A stretch of DNA of 64,000 nucleotides from an uncultured Nitrospiraceae bacterium (lineage in GTDB: Bacteria; Nitrospirota; UBA9217), in assembly GCA_964447405.1 (NCBI GenBank), contig CAYUSP010000003.1, forward strand, positions 384,135 to 448,134. The letters run 5' to 3'. Both the position numbers and the translations under genes were made by a program. Shown piece by piece: positions 44,614 to 52,895 of this stretch (the stretch's first letter is position 1; the number at the start of each line of letters is the position of its first letter). The notes under the pieces are model-generated. The model was not told the DNA's origin. It made no database searches and worked only from the letters and a program-made list of their open reading frames with translations.

Positions 44614-44674
44614 TTTACTAACCAGGCGCTCGACGGCGACGCGCCGAGGTCGGCGCGTCAGCGCCGCGTTAATC
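44614..44674 (+). mobile_element. attC site 2 (family A)
   Basis: TTACTAACCAGGCGCTCGACGGCGACGCGCCGAGGTCGGCGCGTCAGCGCCGCGTTAATC. Confidence 0.75.
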
Positions 44675-44704
44675 ACGATATATAACAAGGTTCAGAGGTA
44701 ATTC

Positions 44705-45151
44705 ATGTCAGAACATCCTTTCAACTGTCCTAGCTGTAAGCAAACATACCCAATTTTCAAGTACAGTATCGGGATGAGCGACATCCTCGAATTGCGTTGC
44801 AGTAATTGTGCAACGTCGTTACATATCGATTTATATGATCCAATAATGCTCGACCTTTATAAGAAATACGGTCAATATACAGGCGGGTTCTTCGAGAACC
44901 TATACAATTCATTAAAGCCTTGTCGTTGTGGTGGCCAATACCTCGCCGCAGCTGCTTATCGTTGTCAAAAATGCAACATTGCTGTCTCATTGGACGAAAT
45001 AAAAAAGCAGATTGGTTATAAAGGAAACGGTACTCCCGGAATAGCAATGGCCAATATAATCAATTCATCTGATACGAAGGATAACATCTGGAAAAATCCG
45101 GAGGACATCAAACCGATAAAGCGATGGTGGAAGTTTTGGCAGAAAACTTAA
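44705..45151 (+). CDS. Cassette ORF: Cys-rich (4x CxxC, double zinc-ribbon-like) hypothetical protein
   Basis: CPSCKQ...CSNCAT...CRCGG...CQKCN. Confidence 0.5.
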   Translation: MSEHPFNCPSCKQTYPIFKYSIGMSDILELRCSNCATSLHIDLYDPIMLDLYKKYGQYTGGFFENLYNSLKPCRCGGQYLAAAAYRCQKCNIAVSLDEIKKQIGYKGNGTPGIAMANIINSSDTKDNIWKNPEDIKPIKRWWKFWQKT

Positions 45152-45153
45152 AA

Positions 45154-45212
45154 TATTAACCTGGCGCTCGACAGCGACGCGCCAAGGTCGGCGCGTCAGC
45201 GCCGTGTTAGTT
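45154..45212 (+). mobile_element. attC site 3 (family A)
   Basis: TATTAACCTGGCGCTCGACAGCGACGCGCCAAGGTCGGCGCGTCAGCGCCGTGTTAGTT. Confidence 0.75.
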
Positions 45213-45227
45213 TGAGATGGAGCATAA

Positions 45228-45854
45228 ATGAAATTTATAGAATATCGCGGACAATTTCGTCTTCTTTTCCCTCGCTATGACGAGCTTGTACTATTTACGA
45301 TGAGTTTAACCTGCCTACTTCTTATGATCACTGGCGTACTATCGCATATACCAGAAATTGGAGCGGTATCCCTGAGACAACTTGATCCTGGATTTTTTGT
45401 TCCTTTCATTTTTATAGCAATATTCATAGCCGGCCTCGTGTTGTCCTTATACCATGCATTCGTTGATCGCCCTAAAACAGAGATCGAAAAATCGTTTATG
45501 TTGTTTTTTGCCGTCTTAGTTAACGTCTTCAGCGGGTTCATGGGTAGTGGTTACAGCCTTACTACAGCCAGTGGTTGGTTTATAGTTTTTCCCGTTATCA
45601 ATATGATCAATAGCATGATTCTTCTCTTTATGTGGCGATATGGGTACTTTGACGAAACAAGTATTAGCGATCAACAGGCATCAAGAGGTCAAGTCATGCT
45701 TGCAGGGACAATAGTTTTAATTCTGTTTTATTTATGTCACGTTGTTTACGAATTCTTATGGATACAAACGCTATCTGTTTGTCTTGTTTATTCAATAAAC
45801 TTTATTAGACTGATTGAATCATTGATTTTTCGACCCGTACCGATTTCTAAATGA
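45228..45854 (+). CDS. Cassette ORF: polytopic membrane protein, unknown function
   Basis: 208 aa with about 6 hydrophobic helices. Confidence 0.5.
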   Translation: MKFIEYRGQFRLLFPRYDELVLFTMSLTCLLLMITGVLSHIPEIGAVSLRQLDPGFFVPFIFIAIFIAGLVLSLYHAFVDRPKTEIEKSFMLFFAVLVNVFSGFMGSGYSLTTASGWFIVFPVINMINSMILLFMWRYGYFDETSISDQQASRGQVMLAGTIVLILFYLCHVVYEFLWIQTLSVCLVYSINFIRLIESLIFRPVPISK

Positions 45855-45864
45855 CTGCATAATG

Positions 45865-45925
45865 ATTCTAACCATTCGGCTCGAGAGGGTCGCGAAAACC
45901 GCGCCCCTCAGCCGAGCCGTTATCT
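45865..45925 (+). mobile_element. attC site 4 (family B)
   Basis: TTCTAACCATTCGGCTCGAGAGGGTCGCGAAAACCGCGCCCCTCAGCCGAGCCGTTATCT. Confidence 0.7.
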
Positions 45926-45984
45926 TCATAGATTGTTCTACGTGACTGACGAATTCTGATTTTGCATAAGGAAAAATTCAGCTT

Positions 45985-46875
45985 ATGGTGCACCGTACAG
46001 CGTTCATTGTCATTTTGACCCTATTCTTATTTCCTTTCGCCGTACACGCCCGAGATGATTTCAAAATGGCCAATCTTGTTTATCCTTCCGAGAATCAAAT
46101 TACCCAAGCCCAGCTGACCCCACTAACAGCAGTAGAGTTGAAAAAAGAAATTCAGAACTCAATCGAGTTGCCAACCGAAAACTGTTTAGATCACGTCAAA
46201 ATGAAAATCGAGGACGATTCTATTGAGGAGTATCTATGGGGTTTTTATAAGTATGATTTTTCAGGCGATGGAATCGATGATTTGATATTTATCAGCTATT
46301 GTGGTGGTGAAGAGTATCAAAACTTTATTTGGATAAAGAAAGACAACAAATTCTATTACAGTGGCCTCCTATGGGGTACGATTGTCAAATTGTATCGTGC
46401 CCAAGACTTGAAAGCCTTATCGGTCGTAACGCGTGGCGGCTGGTGCTGTAGCGGCTATGTCGGATACATTAACCTGTATACACCTTCAAGCAATAATCAA
46501 GTCACAAAATATTCCTTAGAGAAAAGCGTCCGAGAATTCGGTGGCATTACATTGCCGGATAAAAGAATTCCCGCTAAGCGGTTCGTTGTGAAAAACGATA
46601 AATACAAACTGCGGGAACAGCCTATTATTAATGATAAGTATGATGAGCAGGAGAGTGAATTTGAACGCAGACCTGTTTATGGGAATACTTTGGCAGAATT
46701 CGTTAAGGGAAGCAAAGGCGAAGCCATTGCTGAAAAAACTGACGAAACCGGGCGGGTTTGGTGGTTCGTCATCATGGACCCAGATGCTAAGGCCACCTAT
46801 AATAGATTTTACGGCGATCAAAAAGCTTCAAAAGCCGGCTGGATGAGTTCAAGGTTTTTAGAAATGACGAAGTGA
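45985..46875 (+). CDS. Cassette ORF: hypothetical secreted protein
   Basis: Signal peptide MVHRTAFIVILTLFLFPFAVHA; 296 aa; stop overlaps attC. Confidence 0.5.
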   Translation: MVHRTAFIVILTLFLFPFAVHARDDFKMANLVYPSENQITQAQLTPLTAVELKKEIQNSIELPTENCLDHVKMKIEDDSIEEYLWGFYKYDFSGDGIDDLIFISYCGGEEYQNFIWIKKDNKFYYSGLLWGTIVKLYRAQDLKALSVVTRGGWCCSGYVGYINLYTPSSNNQVTKYSLEKSVREFGGITLPDKRIPAKRFVVKNDKYKLREQPIINDKYDEQESEFERRPVYGNTLAEFVKGSKGEAIAEKTDETGRVWWFVIMDPDAKATYNRFYGDQKASKAGWMSSRFLEMTK

Positions 46876-46931
46876 TAACCTGGCGCTCGACAGCGACGCG
46901 CCAAGGTCGGCGCGTCAGCGCCGCGTTATAT
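46873..46931 (+). mobile_element. attC site 5 (family A)
   Basis: TGATAACCTGGCGCTCGACAGCGACGCGCCAAGGTCGGCGCGTCAGCGCCGCGTTATAT. Confidence 0.75.
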
Positions 46932-46962
46932 GGTAATAAAAAATACCGACTCCGGAGATGAA

Positions 46963-47238
46963 ATGGAATTAACAAAACAAGAGCGAAAGTTCGCTGAATT
47001 ATCAACTAAACGGTATCGCGGTTTATTGTATCGAAACAGCCAATTGATCGGATGGGTCGGTGTTGTTCTCTTTGGGCTCGGCTTACTGCGGATATTGCCA
47101 GTATCTGCTACCGTTCAAAAATTACTTCTTCAAGGTGGTTTTTTTCTAATCGTAATGAGTACAATTATGTTCGCGATGACTATTATAAGTAAGCTTTACA
47201 CCCGTAATCAGGAACTTGATCGATCGCGACCGGATTAA
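46963..47238 (+). CDS. Cassette ORF (first of a two-gene cassette): small 2-TM membrane protein
   Basis: GGAG RBS; MELTKQERKF...two hydrophobic helices. Confidence 0.45.
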   Translation: MELTKQERKFAELSTKRYRGLLYRNSQLIGWVGVVLFGLGLLRILPVSATVQKLLLQGGFFLIVMSTIMFAMTIISKLYTRNQELDRSRPD

Positions 47239-47275
47239 GACGTAATGGTAAAGAAAACTTTTGCGGGAGGGAAAT

Positions 47276-47737
47276 ATGACCACTAAGAACGTTCGTGCAA
47301 TCGGTTTTTTACTTCTCCTGATATTTATTATCTCCCTCTACGCCTTATATCTGCTTACCCAGGACAAAACTCCTGAAAATTACCTTTTCTTTGGGTTTAC
47401 TTCTCTAACGTTTATCATCATATATTCAATCAGCATTTTAAATTACAAAATCACAGGTTCTAGTATCGGTATCGAAGTTGAACAAGCACGACAGGAGATC
47501 ATGACTTCAAAAAAGGAAATTGAGACACTAGCGAATACCTTGATCAAGGTGAGTTATGTCATTGCAGATGGGTCTAGCAGGTTTGGCGGCATGCCAAAAG
47601 AACATCAAGATAAGATCAGGGAATATCAAAATTCAATAAAAACATTTCTTGATCAAAACATTGACGAGGAAGTCAAGAAGACCATCTCTGGTTTAAATGA
47701 AGCAATAGACCTGCGAATTAATAAAGACAAGAAATAG
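47276..47737 (+). CDS. Cassette ORF (second of two-gene cassette): membrane-anchored coiled-coil protein
   Basis: GGGAGGG RBS; MTTKNVRAIGFLLLLIFIISLYALYLL then a helical soluble domain; no attC between it and the previous ORF. Confidence 0.45.
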   Translation: MTTKNVRAIGFLLLLIFIISLYALYLLTQDKTPENYLFFGFTSLTFIIIYSISILNYKITGSSIGIEVEQARQEIMTSKKEIETLANTLIKVSYVIADGSSRFGGMPKEHQDKIREYQNSIKTFLDQNIDEEVKKTISGLNEAIDLRINKDKK

Positions 47738-47744
47738 CGAGATA

Positions 47745-47804
47745 CAATAACCTGCCGGTCCACAGCGACGCGCCAGAAGGCGGCGCGTGACCGGCGCGTT
47801 AGGT
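47745..47804 (+). mobile_element. attC site 6 (family A)
   Basis: CAATAACCTGCCGGTCCACAGCGACGCGCCAGAAGGCGGCGCGTGACCGGCGCGTTAGGT. Confidence 0.75.
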
Positions 47805-47813
47805 AGGTAAAAT

Positions 47814-48353
47814 ATGAAGAAAAGAATAATATTCTTATTTGCCGCAATCCTTCTTATTTCTTCTTACAGTCAGGCCGAATCTCGTATAAACTTTCCCACA
47901 TATATCCCTGGTAAATATAGACCCTGTCTCGAAGCGTGGCTATCAGCCCATCCATCATATCGTATTGCGATCGAAACAGATTGCACGTATTGCGATAACA
48001 GCATCAAAGACATGAGAACGAAACCTTATGGGGATTGGAAACCTTTACCTGATTATCAACCCTATTTTACAGTCGGTGATTTCAATTCGGATAGCGTTGA
48101 TGATTTTGCCGTTGCAGTAATAGACGAACTCAAAAGAGATAAGAAATTCCGCATCCTGGTCTTTAATGGCCCTTTCAATACATCATCTCTTTCAAAGCCG
48201 GCTTTTGTATCTGGTCCGATCGATTTAAGCAACGCAGGCATGTTCTACGGAGGCCCTCGACCGAAACCATGGAGACTATTAGCTGGGCCGTTTGAGTCTG
48301 AAGGAACCTTGCTGGTGCCTCAAGGAAAAACATATAAGTGGGAAAGTAAGTAG
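47814..48353 (+). CDS. Cassette ORF: hypothetical secreted protein
   Basis: Signal peptide MKKRIIFLFAAILLISSYSQA. Confidence 0.5.
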   Translation: MKKRIIFLFAAILLISSYSQAESRINFPTYIPGKYRPCLEAWLSAHPSYRIAIETDCTYCDNSIKDMRTKPYGDWKPLPDYQPYFTVGDFNSDSVDDFAVAVIDELKRDKKFRILVFNGPFNTSSLSKPAFVSGPIDLSNAGMFYGGPRPKPWRLLAGPFESEGTLLVPQGKTYKWESK

Positions 48354-48358
48354 TCTGA

Positions 48359-48418
48359 ATCCTAACACTCGCGTCGAGAGGGTCGCTAAAAAACGCGCCC
48401 CTCACGCGCTCGTTAATT
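48359..48418 (+). mobile_element. attC site 7 (family B)
   Basis: ATCCTAACACTCGCGTCGAGAGGGTCGCTAAAAAACGCGCCCCTCACGCGCTCGTTAATT. Confidence 0.7.
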
Positions 48419-48456
48419 CTGGATAGCATCTCATTTTCATCGCAAGCTTAAAATAT

Positions 48457-48885
48457 ATGGAAATAATAAACGGCAAAATATTGACCCGCGAACAAATAGA
48501 TTCGATTAGTTCAACAATCCGAAAAGCTTATTTAGCACTTGTATGGTTTTCTGGGATCGATCTTGCCTTTAATATTTTCAAAGTTGCTAATCCTCTTTCA
48601 CACGGCGGGATTATGGAAGCGGGGCTAAAATTCGCTGAATTTATCATCATATATCGTGGTTTAAAGATTCGAGCATCTTGGCTCATTCCTTTAGTGTTAA
48701 TCTCCTCGGTTTATACGCTGTTTAGTGCTTTCTTTATTTCAATGGAGCCTGCAAAAGACATTGCGGAAATTATAGCTAAACCAGTAGGCATGTTGTTGGT
48801 CGTTTTTTCTGTATATCAACTTATATTTTTTTCAAAGACTGAAGTCAGGTCATCATTTGGTGCGAAAGGATTTAATGTTTTTTAA
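48457..48885 (+). CDS. Cassette ORF: hypothetical membrane protein
   Basis: 142 aa, about 3 hydrophobic helices. Confidence 0.45.
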   Translation: MEIINGKILTREQIDSISSTIRKAYLALVWFSGIDLAFNIFKVANPLSHGGIMEAGLKFAEFIIIYRGLKIRASWLIPLVLISSVYTLFSAFFISMEPAKDIAEIIAKPVGMLLVVFSVYQLIFFSKTEVRSSFGAKGFNVF

Positions 48886-48912
48886 CTGCTCTGATCAATA
48901 AAGTAATATGAT

Positions 48913-48970
48913 AATTAACCTGCGGGTCGAGTGAGTCGCGAAAAGCTCGCTCCTCACCCGCGTGTTAGTG
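48913..48970 (+). mobile_element. attC site 8 (family B variant)
   Basis: AATTAACCTGCGGGTCGAGTGAGTCGCGAAAAGCTCGCTCCTCACCCGCGTGTTAGTG. Confidence 0.7.
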
Positions 48971-49087
48971 CTTAATAATGCCCATTCCAACTTGGACAGA
49001 TTTTTTGTTAAATTCAGAGTGTGGTTTTCGCTATAAACTTTTGAATTTGCACTTGGTCAGCTACGAATTCATTTGTGGGGCTATAAC

Positions 49088-49513
49088 ATGAAAATAATAC
49101 TTCTATTGCTATTGACTTTTTCGCTATTCACATCGATTGCATTATGTGCAGGCAAAATAGGTCAGTTAGGCCTGTTTGATTCATCTTATGATCGTACTGT
49201 TTGGCAATATGTGGAATCTTCAGGGGGTGTAGACATATTTGAGCATAGGTTCTTAAAGAACTGTAATTTATATTCAGCGGTCATTACGGAAACATTTGAG
49301 GAAGAGGCTAAGAGGACTGAAGCTTTATTCGAAGGCAAGACTTACTACGTAACGAAAGGCCTTAAAGATGGCAAATTAATTTCATTATACTATTGTAAAA
49401 AAGGTTCTCCTTTTCAATGTCTTCGGGTATATGTTGCCAATGTTAGCGATATCAATGCATGCACCCAAGCCTCGGAAAAGGTAATTATCGACTACGAGCG
49501 AAGAAATAAATAG
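49088..49513 (+). CDS. Cassette ORF: small secreted Cys-containing protein
   Basis: Signal peptide MKIILLLLLTFSLFTSIALCAG; a 118-bp spacer lies between attC8 and the ATG. Confidence 0.5.
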   Translation: MKIILLLLLTFSLFTSIALCAGKIGQLGLFDSSYDRTVWQYVESSGGVDIFEHRFLKNCNLYSAVITETFEEEAKRTEALFEGKTYYVTKGLKDGKLISLYYCKKGSPFQCLRVYVANVSDINACTQASEKVIIDYERRNK

Positions 49514-49570
49514 CCTAACGTATAGTTCGAGAGGGTCGGGCTCGGCCCGCCCCTCAACTCGTTGTTATTT
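49513..49570 (+). mobile_element. attC site 9 (family B)
   Basis: GCCTAACGTATAGTTCGAGAGGGTCGGGCTCGGCCCGCCCCTCAACTCGTTGTTATTT. Confidence 0.7.
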
Positions 49571-49582
49571 CCGTGAGGAACA

Positions 49583-49807
49583 ATGGGTAACAGACGCGAT
49601 TCATTTCCGTTTCGATATCCTCAACTGTTTCACGAATGTTGGCATTGCCATACCGTAGGGCTGAAGCCGGGCATCCTTGATACAAAGCATGGTGATTACG
49701 GCATGCGAAAAGTATTTAAGGATGAACCAGAATTGCCGCTAAATTCTGAAGGTCTCTGTTTGGATTGCGCAGAACAATTAAAGACCAAGAAAGAGGATGC
49801 CAATTGA
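49583..49807 (+). CDS. Cassette ORF: small zinc-ribbon-like protein (CWHCH...CLDC)
   Basis: 74 aa; HECWHCH and GLCLDC motifs. Confidence 0.45.
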   Translation: MGNRRDSFPFRYPQLFHECWHCHTVGLKPGILDTKHGDYGMRKVFKDEPELPLNSEGLCLDCAEQLKTKKEDAN

Positions 49808-50169
49808 AGCAAACCAATTTTCTGAAGATCTGCTGGCACGACGGAAATATCGTCGATTTTAGATACATCTTCCCAATTACCAAAAGAGATAGGCCCTGCA
49901 TCATCATTAAAGCCGAAGTTTATGCGAATTATATTAATGCTGCTCATAGGCATTTGATCCAAATTGAATTTCCAAATATTCAAAACATAGATAAGAAGGT
50001 CAATTTTCCTGAAATTAAAGATAATGTGGTCGCAGGGTCAATCAATTACGCTAAGCCAAAAGAAATCGTAAATAGCCTTGGTACTTTTCAAGAATACACA
50101 TTCACTTTGTTTGGTGGCAAAATCAAAATCGTTTCAAACAAAGCCAAAATAAAGAAAATTATGAAATAA
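49765..50169 (+). CDS. Cassette ORF: hypothetical protein overlapping and likely translationally coupled to 49583-49807
   Basis: Open +1 frame; possible starts ATG 49765 (43-nt overlap) or TTG 49804 (TTGA start/stop overlap); no family. Confidence 0.4.
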   Translation: MRRTIKDQERGCQLKQTNFLKICWHDGNIVDFRYIFPITKRDRPCIIIKAEVYANYINAAHRHLIQIEFPNIQNIDKKVNFPEIKDNVVAGSINYAKPKEIVNSLGTFQEYTFTLFGGKIKIVSNKAKIKKIMK

Positions 50170-50222
50170 CCTGGCGCTCGACAGCGACGCGCCAAAGTCG
50201 GCGCGTCAGCGCCGTGTTGTAA
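50165..50222 (+). mobile_element. attC site 10 (family A)
   Basis: AATAACCTGGCGCTCGACAGCGACGCGCCAAAGTCGGCGCGTCAGCGCCGTGTTGTAA. Confidence 0.75.
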
Positions 50223-50238
50223 AGCAAAAGGAATCTAT

Positions 50239-50979
50239 ATGACCTATCGACAAATAATGTTATTTTTATTAGTGGCGACCCAACTTACGCTATCAAGCTG
50301 CGCTACATACTATGCACATGAGAGCATTCAAAATTTACCCAAATATGATCCTTCGAGGTTTCCCTATCTCATTGAAGGTGAATATTTAGAAGTAGCCAGT
50401 CAAGGGAATATATCATTTCAACACTACTACTTCCCGACTTTCCCATGGCCCGCATGGCATGGTCAACACATGCACTTATTTCTTTCGGAAACGCAAACAG
50501 AACCCATCGTGATTAATATGGATAAGCGCTTATCTGTAAAAGAGCCAATAATCTACTTTTACAAGGAAAGCAAGCGAACTCTCATAATAGATAAGACAAA
50601 TAGCGTCAAAAGCAAAGCACTCCTCTACGTATATCACCAGTCAGGAGAGGTGGACCTCAAAGATATTATCAAGAATACAGCCACTCAAGCTTTAGGTTCA
50701 GATAATGAAGTTCCTCTTGTGACACTTTCCTATAACAAAAATGGTGAGCAATCCATCTTCTCTGTTGGAAAGATAGTACGTCATGGCGGTTTGATTGAGT
50801 CACCTACCTTGAAGGGACTTTACATGCTTCATACTAGCCCTTATCAAAGCCGATGGAGACATCCACTTGATTATTGGCTTTATATCGTTACGGTCCCGGG
50901 CGATGTAGTTACCTCTCCATTACAACTACCATTCTGGATTTATACGTATTATCAAAACAGAGGATTGTCACCCAAATAA
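50239..50979 (+). CDS. Cassette ORF: hypothetical lipoprotein
   Basis: Lipobox LTLSSC after the N-terminal hydrophobic segment; 246 aa. Confidence 0.5.
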   Translation: MTYRQIMLFLLVATQLTLSSCATYYAHESIQNLPKYDPSRFPYLIEGEYLEVASQGNISFQHYYFPTFPWPAWHGQHMHLFLSETQTEPIVINMDKRLSVKEPIIYFYKESKRTLIIDKTNSVKSKALLYVYHQSGEVDLKDIIKNTATQALGSDNEVPLVTLSYNKNGEQSIFSVGKIVRHGGLIESPTLKGLYMLHTSPYQSRWRHPLDYWLYIVTVPGDVVTSPLQLPFWIYTYYQNRGLSPK

Positions 50980-51043
50980 GGCTAATATTATTAATCACTA
51001 TTTAGGATCGGGTAGCGAGTAAATCATAATTTTGAAACAAAGG

Positions 51044-51100
51044 ACCCAACATGGGGATCGAGAGCGGCGCGAAAGTCCGCGCCTCATCCCCGTGTTGTCA
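51044..51100 (+). mobile_element. attC site 11 (family B)
   Basis: ACCCAACATGGGGATCGAGAGCGGCGCGAAAGTCCGCGCCTCATCCCCGTGTTGTCA. Confidence 0.7.
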
Positions 51101-51122
51101 ACTCAACACAAAGGAGGTTCAT

Positions 51123-51473
51123 ATGCATTACGTCGATGGATTTGTGATACCGTTACCGAAGAAAAACCTGAAAGTATATACCCGAATGGCCAGGATGGGA
51201 AAAGAGATGTGGATGAAGCACGGCGCCATCGATTATAAGGAGTGCGTTGGAGAGGATTTGGAGAGGACGGGGGGGACGACTTTTTCACGACTGATGAAGT
51301 TGAAGCCCGGCGAGACCGTGGTTTTCTCATGGATCGTTTACAAGTCCCGGGCGCACCGCGACCGCGTCAATGCAAAGGTGATGAAAGAGATGGAAAAGAT
51401 GAGCCTGGAGGAGATGCCCTTCGACATGAAACGCATGGTGTATGGCGGTTTCAAGGTCCTCGTTGACATATAG
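51123..51473 (+). CDS. Cassette ORF: DUF1428 (YbaA-like) family protein
   Basis: AAGGAGG RBS; MHYVDGFVIPLP...GETVVFSWIVYKSRAHRDRVNAKVM...MPFDMKRMVYGGFKVLV matches the DUF1428 pattern. Confidence 0.65.
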   Translation: MHYVDGFVIPLPKKNLKVYTRMARMGKEMWMKHGAIDYKECVGEDLERTGGTTFSRLMKLKPGETVVFSWIVYKSRAHRDRVNAKVMKEMEKMSLEEMPFDMKRMVYGGFKVLVDI

Positions 51474-51486
51474 TATTTCATCACGG

Positions 51487-51539
51487 AACATAACAAGCGA
51501 GTGAGTCGCGAGGAGCACGCTCCTCACCAGCGTGTTGTC
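51487..51539 (+). mobile_element. attC site 12 (family B variant)
   Basis: ACATAACAAGCGAGTGAGTCGCGAGGAGCACGCTCCTCACCAGCGTGTTGTCA. Confidence 0.7.
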
Positions 51540-51588
51540 AGTGATAAATTTGAATATTGAAAATATGACGCAGAAGAGGGAACTTATT

Positions 51589-52011
51589 ATGCATTCACCA
51601 TCTGTATCTGTGGAAGAACTGAATGACATCCTGGCAGGCACACCATTTCTAAAGCCATATGGGTTTATTGTAAAGGCATGTGCTCCAAACGAGTGCACGC
51701 TACTTGTTCCGTTTATGCCTTCGCTCGAGCGACCAGGGGGGCTGGTCAGCGGCATGATGTTAATGGGAGCGGCGGACGTCGCAATGTGGCTTGCAATCAT
51801 GACTCTTCGGGGAACGAGTGAGCGTTGGGTTACTTCGGACATGAAAACAGCATTTCTGCGGGGTGCCAAAGAGGAAGACATCCTGTGTACGGCTCGCGTG
51901 CTCAAGCCCGGAAAGCGCAGCATGTACGGCACGGCTGAGTGTCATGGTGCAACAACTGGCCTGGTAGCTCACCATGTCCTCACATATGCAAAGATTGAAC
52001 CCGCAGGATGA
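51589..52011 (+). CDS. Cassette ORF: hotdog-fold thioesterase (PaaI/YbgC-like)
   Basis: MHSPSVSVEELNDILAGTPFLKPYGF...GGLVSGMMLMGAADVAMWLAIM is typical of PaaI-type thioesterases. Confidence 0.55.
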   Translation: MHSPSVSVEELNDILAGTPFLKPYGFIVKACAPNECTLLVPFMPSLERPGGLVSGMMLMGAADVAMWLAIMTLRGTSERWVTSDMKTAFLRGAKEEDILCTARVLKPGKRSMYGTAECHGATTGLVAHHVLTYAKIEPAG

Positions 52012-52047
52012 ATACCGCGACTCGAAAACCGCCAAAAAGAAAATAAA

Positions 52048-52110
52048 TGATAACATGCGCGTCCACAGCGACGCGCCAAAGGGCGGTATACATAAATTTA
52101 AGTTAAGAGA
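52048..52110 (+). mobile_element. attC site 13, truncated (right arm replaced)
   Basis: GATAACATGCGCGTCCACAGCGACGCGCCAAAGGGCGG then unrelated TATACATAAATTTAAGTTAAGAG; lacks the GGCGCGTGACCGGCGCGTTA half. Confidence 0.5.
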
Positions 52111-52119
52111 GGTGTCAAG

Positions 52120-52824
52120 ATGACAGATAAACAGCAATTGGATCATACTTATCACTACATAATGAAAACCTTCATAGATCGAGGCAATGCACCTCACTTT
52201 ACAGAGATAGCGAAAGAGTTTGGCGTAAACCCAGCTGAAGGCAAGAAATTGCTGTATGATTTGATGAATACGGGAATGGCAATGTGGCTTTATCCCGGAA
52301 CCGACCTAATTGCTTCATTTGCACCATTCAACAATCAGCCAACTCAATATCGCATTACTGTGGACGGACAACAAAGATGGTTTGCACAATGAGGTTTTGA
52401 AGCCCTGGCGGTCTGCTGGGCATTTCCACGAAAAGCAGTGCAGATTGACGCGCCATGTTTAGATTGCGGCGAGTCTATGAAAATCGTTGTGCGCGACGGC
52501 ATCATAGAAATTGAATCGCCTATCGGCATCCATGGATATATTGACATTCCTTTAAGTCAATGGGCAAAAAACTGGCCTTTTACGTGAAGTCGCATCCATC
52601 TCTTCCGGTCGGAAGATCATGTAAAAAACTGGTCCGACTTTCGTACAGGAACTGAAGAGGCAATTCTTCCGATCTCGGATGTCATGTCCATAATGAGCAC
52701 ACCCCGTCACAGTGCTAAATTGAGTGGTCATTACATCTCATCTGCTGCGGATTATGCGCCGCTATTTTTCCAGAGACTCAGGGAAGTAACGCGAAATTCA
52801 GAATTCTGGAAGCCCAAGTCGTAG
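52120..52824 (+). CDS. merB: Organomercurial lyase (MerB)-like protein with two in-frame TGA codons at the catalytic-Cys positions (candidate selenoprotein; alternatively a pseudogene)
   Basis: Single frame from ATG 52120 to TAG 52822-52824; TGA at 52390-52392 and 52585-52587. Translation: HTH N-terminus, ...VDGQQRWFAQ-U-GFEALAVCWAFP (MerB: RRLYAWCALDTLIFP) and ...NWPFT-U-SRIHLFRSEDHVKNW (MerB: SFCCHVHFFASVPTAEDW); U-U spacing 65 aa vs 63 in MerB. Confidence 0.6.
52402..52421 (+). ncRNA. Candidate bacterial SECIS hairpin 1 (cis-element within mRNA)
   Basis: CCCUGGC-GGUCU-GCUGGG, loop GG at +18/+19 from the UGA. Confidence 0.4.
52601..52616 (+). ncRNA. Candidate bacterial SECIS hairpin 2 (cis-element within mRNA)
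   Basis: (U)CUUCC-GGUC-GGAAG(A), loop GG at +20/+21 from the UGA; the loop GGUC is identical to the E. coli fdhF SECIS apical loop. Confidence 0.4.
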
Positions 52825-52895
52825 AGGGCAAAATCTGCCGTGTACGAATAGGGATATGTAGGTCGGGTAGAGCAAGGAGAAATCTGACACAATGA

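Noticed and set aside
52390-52392. Initial reading of the MerB-like gene as a multi-frameshifted pseudogene (ORF track shows only 52120-52392)
   Set aside because: - Codon-by-codon reading shows a single continuous frame to 52824 interrupted only by two TGA codons.
- Those two codons coincide with the MerB catalytic cysteines.
- The Sec / dual-stop interpretation fits better than frameshifts.
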